This document shows positions 11,581 through 24,020 of a stretch of 64,000 bases of DNA, piece after piece (positions within the stretch are counted from its first letter, which is position 1; each line of letters begins with the position of its first letter). Location: assembly GCF_902459465.1 (NCBI RefSeq), contig NC_047071.1, forward strand, positions 992,001 to 1,056,000, read 5' to 3'. This DNA comes from Asterias rubens (taxonomy: Eukaryota). The notes below the pieces were generated by a model that did not search any database, was not told the DNA's origin, and saw nothing but the letters and a program-made list of their open reading frames with translations. The translations under genes were made by a program, and so were the position numbers.

Positions 11581-11924
11581 TTGTTGTGCTGATCCAAAGA
11601 ATGTCCATAGCCTTGGTAATTTTGTTACTTGTCCCTGTATATAAGCATGATTAAAATGCTAAACTGGAAAATAAAACCAATGCTATAATGAAACAAATAT
11701 GCAAAACAAGCACCGACCCGGATCAAAATAATAATAAATGGGTGCAATTACTTACTGATGTTAAAAGACACACTAATAGGCATTTTTAAAGAAGTCACGA
11801 TCCAGTATTAAACCATTCATACATATTTTTGTTTAGCCTGACCGTTCAGAATCATGATTTAGTGCTGTTCACCACCTTAGAGAGACCAATAACAAGACGG
11901 AAAAGGGAAAACAAAGGGTCCCTA

Positions 11925-12102
11925 CACTGTAAGAAATATCCATTTTTTACGGACTCCGTAAAGTAAAATGTTCCGTAAATTTTGTCGTTATTTTACGACT
12001 TTCCGTAAATGCAAATGTTAATTATGCTAATAAGCGTAATTACCATTAACCACATTAATGCCCAAACACCTACACATAAATTTACGGGCATTGTTAACAG
12101 TG
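11925..12102. mobile_element. CACTA/EnSpm-like MITE (CACTG...CAGTG)
   Basis: ta|CACTGTAA...TTAACAGTG|ca with repeated subterminal ccgtaaa/tttacg motifs. Confidence 0.6.
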
Positions 12103-12666
12103 CATAGGAGAATTCTAAAGAGCGGGGTGATCCACAGGGAATTTTGTACACAAAAGTCTATGGAAAGTTCTTATCTACAGTGAAAAACTAAAGATGTCAC
12201 TATGGGTATGCAAAATATATTATGATGATTTTTAATTCACTACGTTATGGAGACTAAGAACAAAACAGAAAAGAGAACACAATAGGGGATGTGTGCTCCA
12301 AAATGATTTATGTGTACAGAGTCTATGGCTACAGGGAAGAAGAAAGGAACAAAATCTGTCTCCACAGGAAGCAAAAAATAGAGTGCGTGTTGAACTTCTT
12401 TTTCAATGACGTCAATTAGAGGATAGAAATCTGAAAAGAAGCCGAAATAAATGAGCGAAAAAGATAAAGGCCCGGGACGGAGCGTCTGATAAGCCTGACC
12501 TCGTAACTGTTTGAACATTTTGAGACAAATCTTTGTGGGATCTGAACTAGATATTCTCTAACAGTCTGAATGCCTACAACCTAAAAAGGGTCTTGAGTAT
12601 AGAGATTTGAAATGAAAGTGAACTTTAAGATTTTCATAAAAGCTTTTAGTAGATCCTTGTGATTGT

Positions 12667-12760
12667 GGATGACGTGGCCGAGCATCCTAGCGCATCGAAC
12701 TCGAATTCTGGTGGCTCAGTCATCGGGGTGTGGGTTCGAGTCCTGTTCGTGACATTTGTG
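12667..12760 (+). mobile_element. SINE 5' head (tRNA-derived)
   Basis: gtggccgagc A-box-like, gtgggttcgagtcc B box, then cgtgacatttgtg. Confidence 0.7.
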
Positions 12761-12949
12761 CAGAGACATTTACATAACCAATTGCTTCTCATCATACCGG
12801 AGCTAATTGTATGGTATGAAGGTACAGATTTGCTGGTACGAATGATTTGCAATAAATGAGCGTCCATTTGGTTGCCAATGCTCACTCCTATAAGGGGATG
12901 AGATGGTGCCCGGAAAGCTTGGCGCACATGCTTATAAAACGTGTATTTA

Positions 12950-13260
12950 AACAATTGTTTAAAGAGTTTTATAAAGGATACAAACATCAGCACAAGAGCT
13001 GTATTACATTATGGTCCTGTGTAATAAAAAAAAGGAAAAAGAAAACATTACTTTAATATATATATATATATATATTCATATACATACAAACAGTCGGAGT
13101 AAAACAAAATTTACATAAAAAAAACAGAAGAACAACACGAGAATTAAACTATACCTAAAAACTGATTTGTTTATACATATTTTTAAAACTAAAAATAGAC
13201 GATGCATTTTGGGCCTCAGTAGGTAACTTGTTCCATATCAATAAGGAACTTTGGGTTCCC
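12950..13260 (-). pseudogene. Decayed CR1/L2-group LINE 3' end
   Basis: Minus strand GTQSSLLIWNKLPTEAQNASSIFSFKNMYK* (13259-13155), resembling the G..WN.LP...S..SFK motif, followed by an AT-rich 3' UTR. Confidence 0.6.
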
Positions 13261-13722
13261 TAATAATGACCTTCAACAATCTTGTAACTTCCACTAATTG
13301 ATTGATTTAGGAGACGATTGTTTGAACTCCAAGATTAGGTGATTAATTACAATTAAGTATGTTTGACTTCTTACAATAAAATGGTTCAGAATTAAATGTA
13401 ATTGTATCGTTTGAAAAGAGCACCTGACACTTTACGTACCTTTGCATTGAAGACATTGTGTTTGAATAAATTCATATTTCTCATGGCTTCAACTGACTGC
13501 AAGGAAAAGCACAAGAAATGCTTGAAAGCAGATTGTTACTTAAGTTTGAACGAACAATCTTCTCGTGGCCCAAGCATGGCACATTAGTCGATGACAAGCA
13601 AAAGAGAAATTAAATAGTAGTGTTGAACCTTTGAAACTTGTGAAACTTTGAATATACATGTACTTGTTTGCCAAAGGCAGTTTTGTTGTTCAATCGAGGG
13701 TAACATTCCTAATACAGCAATA

Positions 13723-13767
13723 GCGCCCTCTTGTTGTTAAATTGCACGACCTGCCGCTAGAGGGCGC
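13723..13767. promoter_or_regulatory. Divergent pair of CTCF-like motifs
   Basis: CCGCTAGAGGGCGC (13754-13767, +) fits CCASYAGRKGGCRS-type core; reverse CAACAAGAGGGCGC (13723-13736). Confidence 0.55.
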
Positions 13768-14255
13768 AATTACTGATCATGGCGGTTATCACACGATAGA
13801 GCAGTTGCCGCCGAGAGCAGGTTCAATCGAAGTCAACAGTAACCGTTTAGGAGGAAAAGTTATTAATAGTTTTCCCGCTCTCAGAGAGAATAACGTAATT
13901 ACCATGAAAACAAAACTGTTGGAAATTCAATATTTTGAAATTGGACTGTCTGCTCGATAAGCAACTATTTTTCGGTCTGCCATAAAACATTATTCATCAC
14001 CTCGACATGAATCACGTGAAGTCTACTTCCACACAATTATTAAAAAGGAGACAGAAACCAACGCCAGAGTGCTGCTCAGACTAAATTTAGAACCGAATAA
14101 TTTGTAGAAACACGAGACCATGGCAGTTGAAAGCGCCCTATTGACAGTTTGAATCTGCGTTATTAACTCAGTGACTGGAACTCTTATATATCTGTCTATC
14201 TATCTTGTGGGATATACATGTCGCGAGCAATGGGTAAAATGGCTGACCTCATTAA

Positions 14256-14606
14256 AGGAAAACGTTGCCTTGGATCGGACGAGTTGGTCTATAAAAAGCG
14301 TTTGTAACCCTTTTTATAAAATGCATATGGTTGGAAAGATGTTTTAAAAGTATAATACAATGATCCACACAAGTTTGCCTCGAAATTGCGCGGTTTTCCT
14401 TTTACTGTGCGAACTAACACGGTCGGCCATTTATGGGAGTCAAAAATTTGACAAGGTAAAAGGAAAACTGTGCAATTTCGAGGCATGTTTGTGTGGATCA
14501 TTGTATTCTACTTTTACAACATCTTTCTACCCATATGCATTTTATAAAAAACGGTTACAAACGCTTTTCAAAGACCAACTCGACCGATCCAAGGCAACGT
14601 GTTCCT
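14256..14606. mobile_element. TTAA-flanked Kolobok-like MITE family B
   Basis: Long TIR AGGAA(A/C)ACGTTGCCTTGGATCGG.CGAGTTGGTC at both ends; TTAA flanks. Confidence 0.9.
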
Positions 14607-14659
14607 TTAAATATGCATCTAGCTCTCTAACGGCAGGTCAATGACGTACAAATTACTTT

Positions 14660-15027
14660 AGGCACTGGGCAAGTTAAAAAAAAAAAAAAGGGAAAAAAAG
14701 ACCAGTATTCTCACTTGGTGTATCCCAACATAATTTGAATAAAATAACTAACCTGTGAAAATTTTGGCTAAATTGGTCATCGAGTTTGCAAGAGACAGAA
14801 AAAATCATCCTTGTTGCATTACTTGGTGTGCTTTTAGATCTGTAATAAAAGGTTAAAGCTGATTAGTCTTTTATTATTTGAGTTGGAAATTACCTCTTCC
14901 TAAAAAAATACGTTACTTCATAGAGAGCCGTTTCTCACAATTTGTAATCACAATACTATCAACAGCTCTCCATTGCTCGTAACTAAAAGTATGTTTTTAT
15001 GCTTTTATGTTTTTAGTAGTTACCAAA
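14660..15027 (-). mobile_element. MITE family A, diverged
   Basis: gaccagtattctcacttggtgtatcccaac; gagagccgtttctcacaa; acagctctccattgctcg. Confidence 0.7.
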
Positions 15028-15310
15028 AGGGTACATACAAATAAAATATGTTAGTTTTTCAAGAATTAAAAATGAGGTATACCATTCTACATAAAATGAT
15101 GTAAATACGAAATTAATTTAGGTTTGTAAACTAAGAACCGTGGATTTATTTGGCATGGCGCCCCTGCTTGCTGCCATTGGTTTTGTTGTTGATTAATTGC
15201 ATTTTTGTTATACACTGCAGTCTGTGATACTACTCCGAACGAGGTTCCTGTCTTGTTATATGAATCAACAGGTTGAACAATATAGTTGTACGAATAATTA
15301 TTTAATTATT

Positions 15311-15618
15311 TCTTGCAAGAAAACCGTCAAGTGATCAGCATGGCAATATTTACAGGAATGAAATAAAGGTCAACTTAAATTGTCCTTGGCAATGTAAATT
15401 GTTCTTGAAGTGCACTCAATGGCGAAACAGGCCATTATGACAAAAACGTGATCTGGTTACCACCTTCATTGTTGTTCAGGATATACTTCTGTTGTCTTGC
15501 AAGAAAACACTCAAGTGATCAGCATGGCAATGAATATCGGGATGATATTTGTAATTTTTTCTTGATGTGCACTCAGGCCAGTACGAAAACAACGTGAACT
15601 GGTTACCATCTTTATTGT
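15311..15618 (+). repeat. Diverged tandem duplication, period 184 bp
   Basis: tcttgcaagaaaac..caagtgatcagcatggcaat at 15311 and 15495; both copies continue to aacgtga.ctggttacca. Confidence 0.8.
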
Positions 15619-15619
15619 C

Positions 15620-15742
15620 ATAGAAAGGTTTGCGGAAACACCATGTAATGATAATCTTTAAACGAGTTGGGGTGGTTCTGAAAAGAACCATTGGTTTCAA
15701 CTCGACGTTTCGATCAGTATGTTCTGATCGTCTTCTGGAGAA
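15620..15742 (-). mobile_element. Penelope-like terminal fragment containing a minimal hammerhead-like motif
   Basis: Minus strand ctc-CAGAAGA-c-gatcag-aacata-ctgatc-GAAA-c-GTC-gag. A second partial copy at 51436-51483 shows it is dispersed. Confidence 0.65.
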
Positions 15743-16425
15743 ATTCATACTTATCTTCATTTGTGTTTCCCCTTTGCCCTTCACTCAAAAACCTTCACCC
15801 ATCCACGTCCCATAACAATCCCTGGCAATAGTTCCTCTGTGATGTTTGCTTTTTTTGACGTTATTTTTTCAGGCCGTGGTATATAGCTAAGGCTGGCCTC
15901 TCACACAATCGATTATCGTGTATGTTTTTTTCTCTGCCGCAGCAACGCAAAAAAAAGCGCCATAACATAATTTGTAGCTGTGCCTCATATTCGCGAAGTG
16001 ACTTAGTTAAGGTTGATGCCAAATTGTACCTGTATTAGAAAAATGGACCCATAGATAGCTACTCGTATGGTGAGGTCTTCGCTACGAAAAAGTTATTTCC
16101 CTACGGACTAAATTATTTTGGTCTTTTGTCGACACAAACAAATGTTGCAAACCTTTGATGAAATTTGATTTGCGTGAGAAGATGTATCCAAAGCTGTTGT
16201 ACTTCTTAGGGAAGCAAGTTTGTATAGCCATGACTTTTAACCTTCTTGCCTTGTTTACATGATTTCATTTGGAACATGTCTTCGGGAGTTAAAAAAAATT
16301 AAATTCTGCTTTGCATTTTTGTACGAATTGCGATACCAACTGAAGAGGGCTTCAATTTCAACTGTAATGATCTTTTTTTCAATAGAGAGAGTCCTCATGT
16401 GAGTAATGAACAAATTTTCTCTAAA

Positions 16426-16744
16426 CTCACGTTAAAATGGTGCACAGAATGTCATTTTAGTCGATAATTGTTCATCGCAAAATTTGAAACGTGACGTCAT
16501 CGAACATCAACAAAAAATGGCGCTGTACATTTATACAAAGATGACTTTTTGGGTCGGTCGCAAAGTGGAAAATGGTGCTGTTTTGATTTACCAACAATTT
16601 AAGGATATTAAAAAAGTTCTTTCTACACAAACGGAGATACCATTATCTGAAATGTGACGTCATCTGAACGTTTTGGGTCTAGTGACAAAAAGTGTACACA
16701 AACAAACATGACCACAGTGTCATTTTACACCGCTTTAACGTGAG
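16426..16744. mobile_element. Unclassified MITE with CTCACGTTAAA terminal inverted repeats
   Basis: ctcacgttaaaatggtg at 16426 and caccgctttaacgtgag ending at 16744; single copy in window. Confidence 0.55.
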
Positions 16745-17349
16745 GCTAAACAGACTTGCAAGTCCCCCCCCCCCCCCATCATTTGCATTAGGACTCTTTC
16801 TATTGGAAAATGAGTGGATCGTTAACCTTAATTTGGCCTTGGGCCCCTCTTTAACTTGAAGTATTACAAGTTATAACTGCCCATATTCGGTACCAATGTT
16901 CGATGATAAAATGTATACATCATTATGAAATATAATTTTAGAATTTTACTCAGAAAGTAATTTTTTGTTACAAAAATGTTCGGCTAAAATGTCCGTGACT
17001 CGAAAAAAAATTGTTCCCCAATTCGCATATCTTATTTTCTCACGGCCGTTTTGCCAATTCAAAAAACCACCTGTATAAGTCCGCACCAAATCCCATAAGC
17101 CTTTACCCTTTTACGGTACCACCTGTTTCGGTAAAAAATTCCCACATGTTGATTGATTTCTTGTTTTGTTCAAGCTGTGGGTAATGATACACAGTATGTA
17201 GTTTCAGAAAGAAGACACAATGGAACAAGGAAAAAACAACCAATGATGCATTTCACCATTTTACATAGCCAAGCAGGGATCAGAATGTTGATTTGATCTA
17301 GTTCACATAACGTGTATAGTATTCCTTGCCTTTCTCAAGCTAGTTCGGT

Positions 17350-18274
17350 CCAATGAATGACGTCATCCGATGTCAAATTTATGATAATATTTGCTGATTT
17401 ATAGATGGCAAAACCAAACCCGTTACCCGAGCCGAAACAAAACTGCGGGGACAAAATATGTTAATAATAAATAAATTAGTCAGAAAATGATAAAGAACGA
17501 ATAATGACTGTAGATTAAGTGAATTCATAAATAACCTAAATTGGGAACATTTAATGGGAAAATAACAATTGAGTAAAATAGGAACTTGTAGGACAAAGGG
17601 CAAACTCATTCAAATACATGAATAACGCAGAAGCGAACAGAAAAATTTAAAAACACAGATAGAGGCAGGTTTATGAGTACCAACAAACCATCCTGGCAGC
17701 TGCATGTGTGTATACATAGGGAGAGTTTAAAGATAGGGGCAATTATGGGATTGAACGAGCGATTTCGACAGTGCCGGTTGTTTACTCGCGTTATATTTTT
17801 TGCAAGAGTTATGGGGAGGAGGACGTGGTGTTTGCAGTGCGGGGACGGACTGAGGTCGAGTGCATAATGCATTTGGTGAGCTCGAGCATGATCGTGAACC
17901 TCTTTTTACTTGTGCGAGTTTATAAGCCACGTTGTCCCGGCGGGATTGTAACACACACACACACATACTCGAGGAATGCAGTTAGATATGAGAGGAGCAG
18001 CCCGGACGCATATGGGCCGTTTTTGTTGAGCTGGCTGGTCTTCATTTTTTCCTCACAATGCGACTTTTAAATCCCCGTTTATGTTGCATTTACGCGTAAT
18101 GTACATCGTCGCCCACGGACCATCACCTCATGCGAGAGATCTAGCCGGTTCAAATTGTAAATGCAGTCAGAGTAAGCACGGGATATTTCGGTCCTTTAAC
18201 CTTTACGAAGTCCCGTTTGTATTCAACAAAAAGTGGACTAAGCCCACACGCAGCTGCACAGACTGCTTCATCCG
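17350..18274 (+). promoter_or_regulatory. Candidate distal promoter and non-coding first exon
   Basis: CCAAT (17350) next to TGACGTCA (17358); CpG-rich, repeat-free 17760-18274; ends CCG|GTAAGT. Confidence 0.4.
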
Positions 18275-20299
18275 GTAAGTGTTATTTATTTCAACAAGTG
18301 TTTATTAAGTTCTGTGATTTTGAATCTTCATTACATGCAGCATAAAAAGAGGTATATCTACACAGAATATAACAAGTGTTCTTGACGTCCCATCATGGTT
18401 CAAGGAACCATGTCATCCATGCCCAACCTTTTTTTCTTTGTATTTTGTAAAAACGGAAAATTAATGAAGTGGTCTTCTTGATGCTTTATTACCGCCGAGC
18501 ACGGCTATTACGGATGCGTGTAATAGATCATTGTGGTCATTTCTCGCACGACGCTGTTACCCGTTTTTAGCCTCAAGGGGCGTACATTTTTCACTTTCAT
18601 GGTGATTACTCACGGCTCGCATATTATCACATTACGGCTTTCTAGAAATGATTACCTTTAAATTGCAAATCTGCTGTGCGAAGATGTTGTCTTTTATCAG
18701 CCCCGTTTTTCTGTTTTTTTTCCCCTCCATTTCTTACAGCAACCTGTAATGCTAATTATAATGTGCTATTGATCTTATAAATAGATCAAGAAGTCTATCA
18801 ACGAGGGTATAACTAAAATACTTCTGATTTGAATCTAACTCGAGTACAGCATATATATATATTACGGGCATGTTCTTGTGTATGTTAGACTCAGAAATAG
18901 GTAATGCGTTGTTTTGATGATGTACATACAATGACCGCACTAGTATTTTTTTGGAGAAAAATATACATTTCTTGGAACACCGAAAAGGTCAGTTTGTGTT
19001 GAAGAAACACTACTGAAGCCAATATATACATATATAAAGATCCTGAAGTGCAAGGAACCGTGCATGATAAGTAGAAAATTAGTTGCAATAACGTCATTGG
19101 GAGAAACAATATGCCCGTCGTCTCTGTATGTTTTCAACTGTTTGGTTTCCCATATCAGTCTTCTTGGGTCAACCATATGGTGAAGGTCTCACAAGAAAAC
19201 AGTTGCTACATAATTTAGTAGGCAATCAGGAACAACTTTAATGCAACAGAACTCTGTGCATGAAAGTGTTTTATTGGTTAGTTTATTCATTTTGAAATTT
19301 TAAAAGGATTTTTGGTGGGAGGTCATGTAAGAATTTTGTTCTGGATCTTGTGTAACAGATATGTTTTAAATGCGGTGTTAAAAAAATACACAAAGGCTGG
19401 AGTATTCTCGAGCCGCCATTTTTAATCTAAGCAGATGGCTAATTATGAACTCATGGCTGCTATTTTATGAAATAATTAGCCTTCGATGATGACTCGAAGC
19501 AGTTTGTAACAGCTAATTATATATATTTTTTTTCATTTTATGAACTCATGAACATGTGAACTTATGCTGGAACAATGCCCTCAGTGTTACTTCCCTTTTG
19601 ACAAAGACATTGCACAAGAAAATATTTCCCCTTGAATTTGTTTTAGTTCAAAGTTATCACTGCATCAGAGTTAAAAACAAATAAATGAATAAATAAAACA
19701 AAATAATAAAAGCACTCTTGACGGCTTTCTTCAAGAGAGGGTGGAGAGGGGACCGCTCCCCCCCCCCAAAGAAAACAAAACAAAAAACTAGCACCCCAAC
19801 AATCAAAACGTGGGCCCTCTATTACAACTTGATGATCATTTCCACCGGATAGATGCACGTGTATACTGAAAACCAGCATTTTGTAATGAATCTGCCCTTC
19901 TCAAAAAACATTAACGTTTCGTATTTTTGTTTCAAGGACTCATTTTTGGCATCAAATGCCCACAATTCGATAACAGACCATTGATCGGCTGCTCTGGAAC
20001 ATAATTTATTAAAATATTTTTTTGTAATGTGTTTTTTATGCATTTTAGAATACTGTTCACCACCTTCTGTCCTGTGCAGCTTGAAAAACAACCTGTTGTT
20101 TGATGAGGGGCCCTAATTGAAACGGCTGTATAATTTAAATGCTAATGAGGGCCCCATTTCATATCAGATGCTATCACGGCAAGATACACAGTCGCGATTG
20201 TATATTTTTGGAATGGTATTTTTTTAAATTAGCTACCCTATTCTGGTTAAACATGTAATTTGAATGTGCTTAGCTACATTTTATGTGTTAATCAGCTCT

Positions 20300-20600
20300 A
20301 CAAATGGGTATAGCTACTTAACATGATAAATCATGTATATTGCTTATAATTATGGCTCGGTCCTCTTTTTTTCTATTATTTCACTTTATGAGCAGTTGCA
20401 TATTATACTTAGGGGACTACATAGGACCGTTATGCAGTAATTGGGCCTCGATGGTTCCAACATTGTGGTTAACAGGTTTGAATGATGGGCACAAATAGAT
20501 ATAGCTAAAAATGCTAAATGATGTATATTGCTTATGGCTTGATTTTCTTTTTGTATTATCCACTTTGTATGAGCAGTTGCATATTATACCTGGCGGGACT
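20300..20600 (+). repeat. Diverged tandem duplication, period ~188 bp
   Basis: atgtatattgctta at 20333 and 20521; tatgagcagttgcatattatac occurs twice. Confidence 0.75.
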
Positions 20601-21105
20601 ATTTAATGGCCTGTCCCACCTTAGCGGCTCACAGGTTGCTCATGAACGTTAATCGGTAATACATTACATGGGGTGATGTAAATTAGTAATAGCTTCGGAA
20701 ATCATATGGTTATTAACCTATATGCATCTTTGATGTATAGAATGCTGATGTATGTGATTAATGCTTAGCATGTTACACCCCACCTCATTTTCAGCGGTCA
20801 AGGATCGGTGGAATGCCATTCATTGTTCAACATACAACAATGTTAATGCCTCGGTTTAGTTGAATTGAATGTATGTTAAGAAAACACACATTCTGTATGA
20901 ATCTGATTGAGACATTGATGTGTGAGTCCATGGTCCATTCTACTGACCTGTCAAATAACAATATTAATTGTTAAAAATGGTTTAATAATATCAGGGTTTG
21001 CGCCGGGAGACAGTGTGAAATGGTCCATAAAAACACACACAGTCCTTATTTACATAGAATTATTGATAACAAACTGTCCGGAATGGTTTTATGCTTCATT
21101 ATGAA

Positions 21106-21119
21106 GTTGCCGTGGCAAC
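21106..21119. promoter_or_regulatory. RFX X-box-like palindrome GTTGCCGTGGCAAC
   Basis: One mismatch to the canonical GTTGCCATGGCAAC. Confidence 0.45.
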
Positions 21120-22080
21120 GGCCTCACGGAATATGACCGCGGATGTAATCAAGCCGGTCGTGCCTGAGGAATCTCCACCCCCCCCACCCTATGTCGTCAT
21201 CAACGACGTGAATCCGTATCACACAACACAACCCCTATGCCAAATTAGATGGCTTCAAATTGATATAGTATAAACACGGAAAATGCGGCTGTACCGCTTC
21301 TCCCTTATTAGGCCTTGTTAATATTTCATTTGCGTGTTCTCCCACACAGTCGCATTACATACCCATTGACTAATTAAGGACTGAGGTAGTCTTGACCTTG
21401 TACACGGAGCGCTGAGGAGTAATTTTCCAGGTTGATTATTTCAAGGAGGGAGGGGGAGGGGAGTTGGTTGGTCTGTTGCAGCTCCCTGAGGTTGGTGTTG
21501 TTGTTTTTGTAATTGGGGTATGCTTTGATAAGGATGTGCAGTTATTAAATGAAGATGGGAATGACAATTTCGAAAGCATCTTTAAAAAAAAACTACTTTG
21601 AAGTCGAACGCGATTTGACATGGGAATTAGGCTTACGCTTGGTTATCACTCTTCAAATTTTGTGGTTAAGTTTTTTTTTTTCATCGTCACTTCGTGTGAA
21701 TGAATTTCCCATTCAATCAATTCAAGAATTTTTTTTTGTATTAATTTAAATAGAAACACAAATCTCTTTCCTAAATTTGTTTGTGTATTTTTAATTTAAT
21801 ATTATTTTTGTTTAAACACAACAAAAGATGAGAGAGTGGAACAGGATATCGCCCTATACACACTTGGTGCACTTTAAACGATTGTCTCTTTTCGTGGAAC
21901 GGCCAGTACTGTATCGGGATAATTTTCGCCAGTCTTCCGTCTACCGCCGCCGGGGTGTGTATCCCCAAACCCATTAGAGCTTAGCAGCTACATTAACACT
22001 AATGCAATCCCATTAGATTCATTGTCTTAATCTAATGACAGGCGCTAATCAAATAACTTGAGTCTGTGAATAAATATCAG

Positions 22081-22395
22081 GTTACGTAATGGGGCTTTAT
22101 ATATTATTTCGTATAAAGTGTTACTATTGGTTCTGTCTTCGAGCTAGGCAGCTCCATCGTATATGCCCCAAGTGGTTTTCATTGTGCGTCTGTGTCACGC
22201 TGGGTTTTCGCAGTCAGGGTGTGTCGCCGTGTCTATTCAAGTTCAAGAAATTTCTTCGCGCTCTTTTTTGTTCGTCTTCTTCTTCTTGTGGAGTTTTAAT
22301 AAGGGTCTATTGAGGATGTTGTTATGAAGGTGGACATCTGAGACGTACATGGGATGAAGGGAAGCATGTGAAATCTCTTGATATTGCTAGCAAAG
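22081..22395 (+). promoter_or_regulatory. Candidate second promoter and non-coding first exon
   Basis: GTTACGTAAT (22081-22090), TATAAAG (22112-22118), then AAG|GTAAGG donor at 22395/22396; no ATG-initiated frame reaches the donor. Confidence 0.4.
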
Positions 22396-23286
22396 GTAAG
22401 GTGCGAATTACGGCTCTCTTTTTGCGTGGATTGTGTACCGTATCTTTACGCGAACGGGACGTTCTTGCGATGCACGAAACAAAATTCAATAGCCGTTCCT
22501 TTTTAATATCAAAAAAAGTATCATCTTTTTTTTATGAATAAAAAATTTCTCCCTATGGTCAGATTGCGTTTTTATTTATATATATATATAACTTATATTG
22601 GAATTGTTGCCACGCACAAAGCAAAATCCAGTCTGAGATCCTGTTAATATCAAAATGCTGTACTTAGGGTTCTGGAAACAATTATTTTCCCGATGGTCAG
22701 TTTACGTTAATATATATTTTTGTGTACGTCAGTAAGTGCTATTGTGACTGTCTATCAAAGTCACGTTTCGCAATTAATTTCTGAACAGCAAAAAAAAAAA
22801 AGACAAAGTGAACAAACACACTCAATGAAAATACACTCGTCCTACACTACCGTATAAGCATAAGCGATGAATAACCTGCCGTTTTTCCTCACAATAAATT
22901 TGCAAAAAAATAGTTAATGGCCTGACGTTTTGACTGACCTAGCAGAGTCTTTCTCGAAGGTTAAAGAACAATTTAATTGTAAAGTTGTCCATAAAGAGAG
23001 GTTCATCGTTTGGACACAGGGCTTGTATTCTAATCAATGGCACCACCAACAAAAGGACAGGTTCAAAGAAAAAAAGGAATCACAAAACATCTGATAATAA
23101 AAGACGTTGTGGCACTGCAGGTCACCATATCACCTCGGGGTTGATTTTACGTTGACCGTCATTTGAGTAGTTAAGAAGCAGTACATTGAAAAGTACATCA
23201 TGGAATAATTAATTTGAGAAAACAAGAAGAGGAAAAAATGTAAGTTCTAAAATATTGCATGCTTACTTGCAAACGTGAATGCTTCA

Positions 23287-23627
23287 AGGCAGTGGACACT
23301 ATTGGTAATTGTCATAGACCAGTCTTCTCACTTGGTGTATCTCAACATACGCGTAAAATAACAAACCTGTGCAAATTTGAGCCTAATTGGTCGCCGAAGT
23401 TGCAAGGTAATCATGAAAGAAAAAACACCCTTGTCACACGGAGTTGTGTGCTTTCAGATGCTTGATTTCGAGACCTCAAGTTCTTAATCTGAGGTCTCGA
23501 AAGCAAATTTCTTGGAAAATTACATTTTCTCGAAAACTACTCCACTTCAGAGGGAGCCGTTTCTCACAATGTTTTGAGAGATACAGCAACTGTGAAGACT
23601 AGTCTTTGACAATTACCAATAGTGTCT
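23287..23627. mobile_element. Chimeric family A MITE with the same ('gtcaaagact') end at both termini
   Basis: Left end ggtaattgtcatagaccagtc; right end gactagtctttgacaattaccaatagtgtc; switch at ~23573-23576. Confidence 0.8.
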
Positions 23628-23846
23628 TTAAATGAGTGTGAAAAAACACATATTATATTAGTCATTTATTACTCAGGACTACAGCACGTACGCCCTGTAA
23701 CCTAAAGTGTCACTGCCGGTCTTTTTTGTAAAGTTGCATGAACTTCATTGGTCAGAGCTACGTGCGTGGCGGGAAAATACACTCGGCGTGTAATATGACG
23801 GAACGTTTACCTGTACATCCGTCAAGGAGTCATGTCTGATTCTAAA

Positions 23847-23960
23847 CGGAGGCAACGAAGGCGATTTCCCCCATGCCCAATGGTCATTGCCTTGGTGCCC
23901 TTGAAATTCTCCAGTAGAAATTTACAATATCCTCAAAGGGTGCCCTTTAGGGGAAAATGT
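23847..23960 (+). mobile_element. hAT-like mini-MITE family I
   Basis: ggaggcaacgaaggcgatt..gtcattgccttggtgcccttgaaat..agggtgcccttta, shared with 4 other loci. Confidence 0.75.
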
Positions 23961-24020
23961 ACTCTAGCGGAAGTTCATCGTCAGGGATTGTCTTTAGTGA
24001 TTACATTCATGCATGAATGA

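Noticed and set aside
21132-21273. Pro-rich PPPPPY mini-ORF as an alternative SK N-terminus
   Set aside because: No usable splice donor; the prolines come from a C homopolymer.
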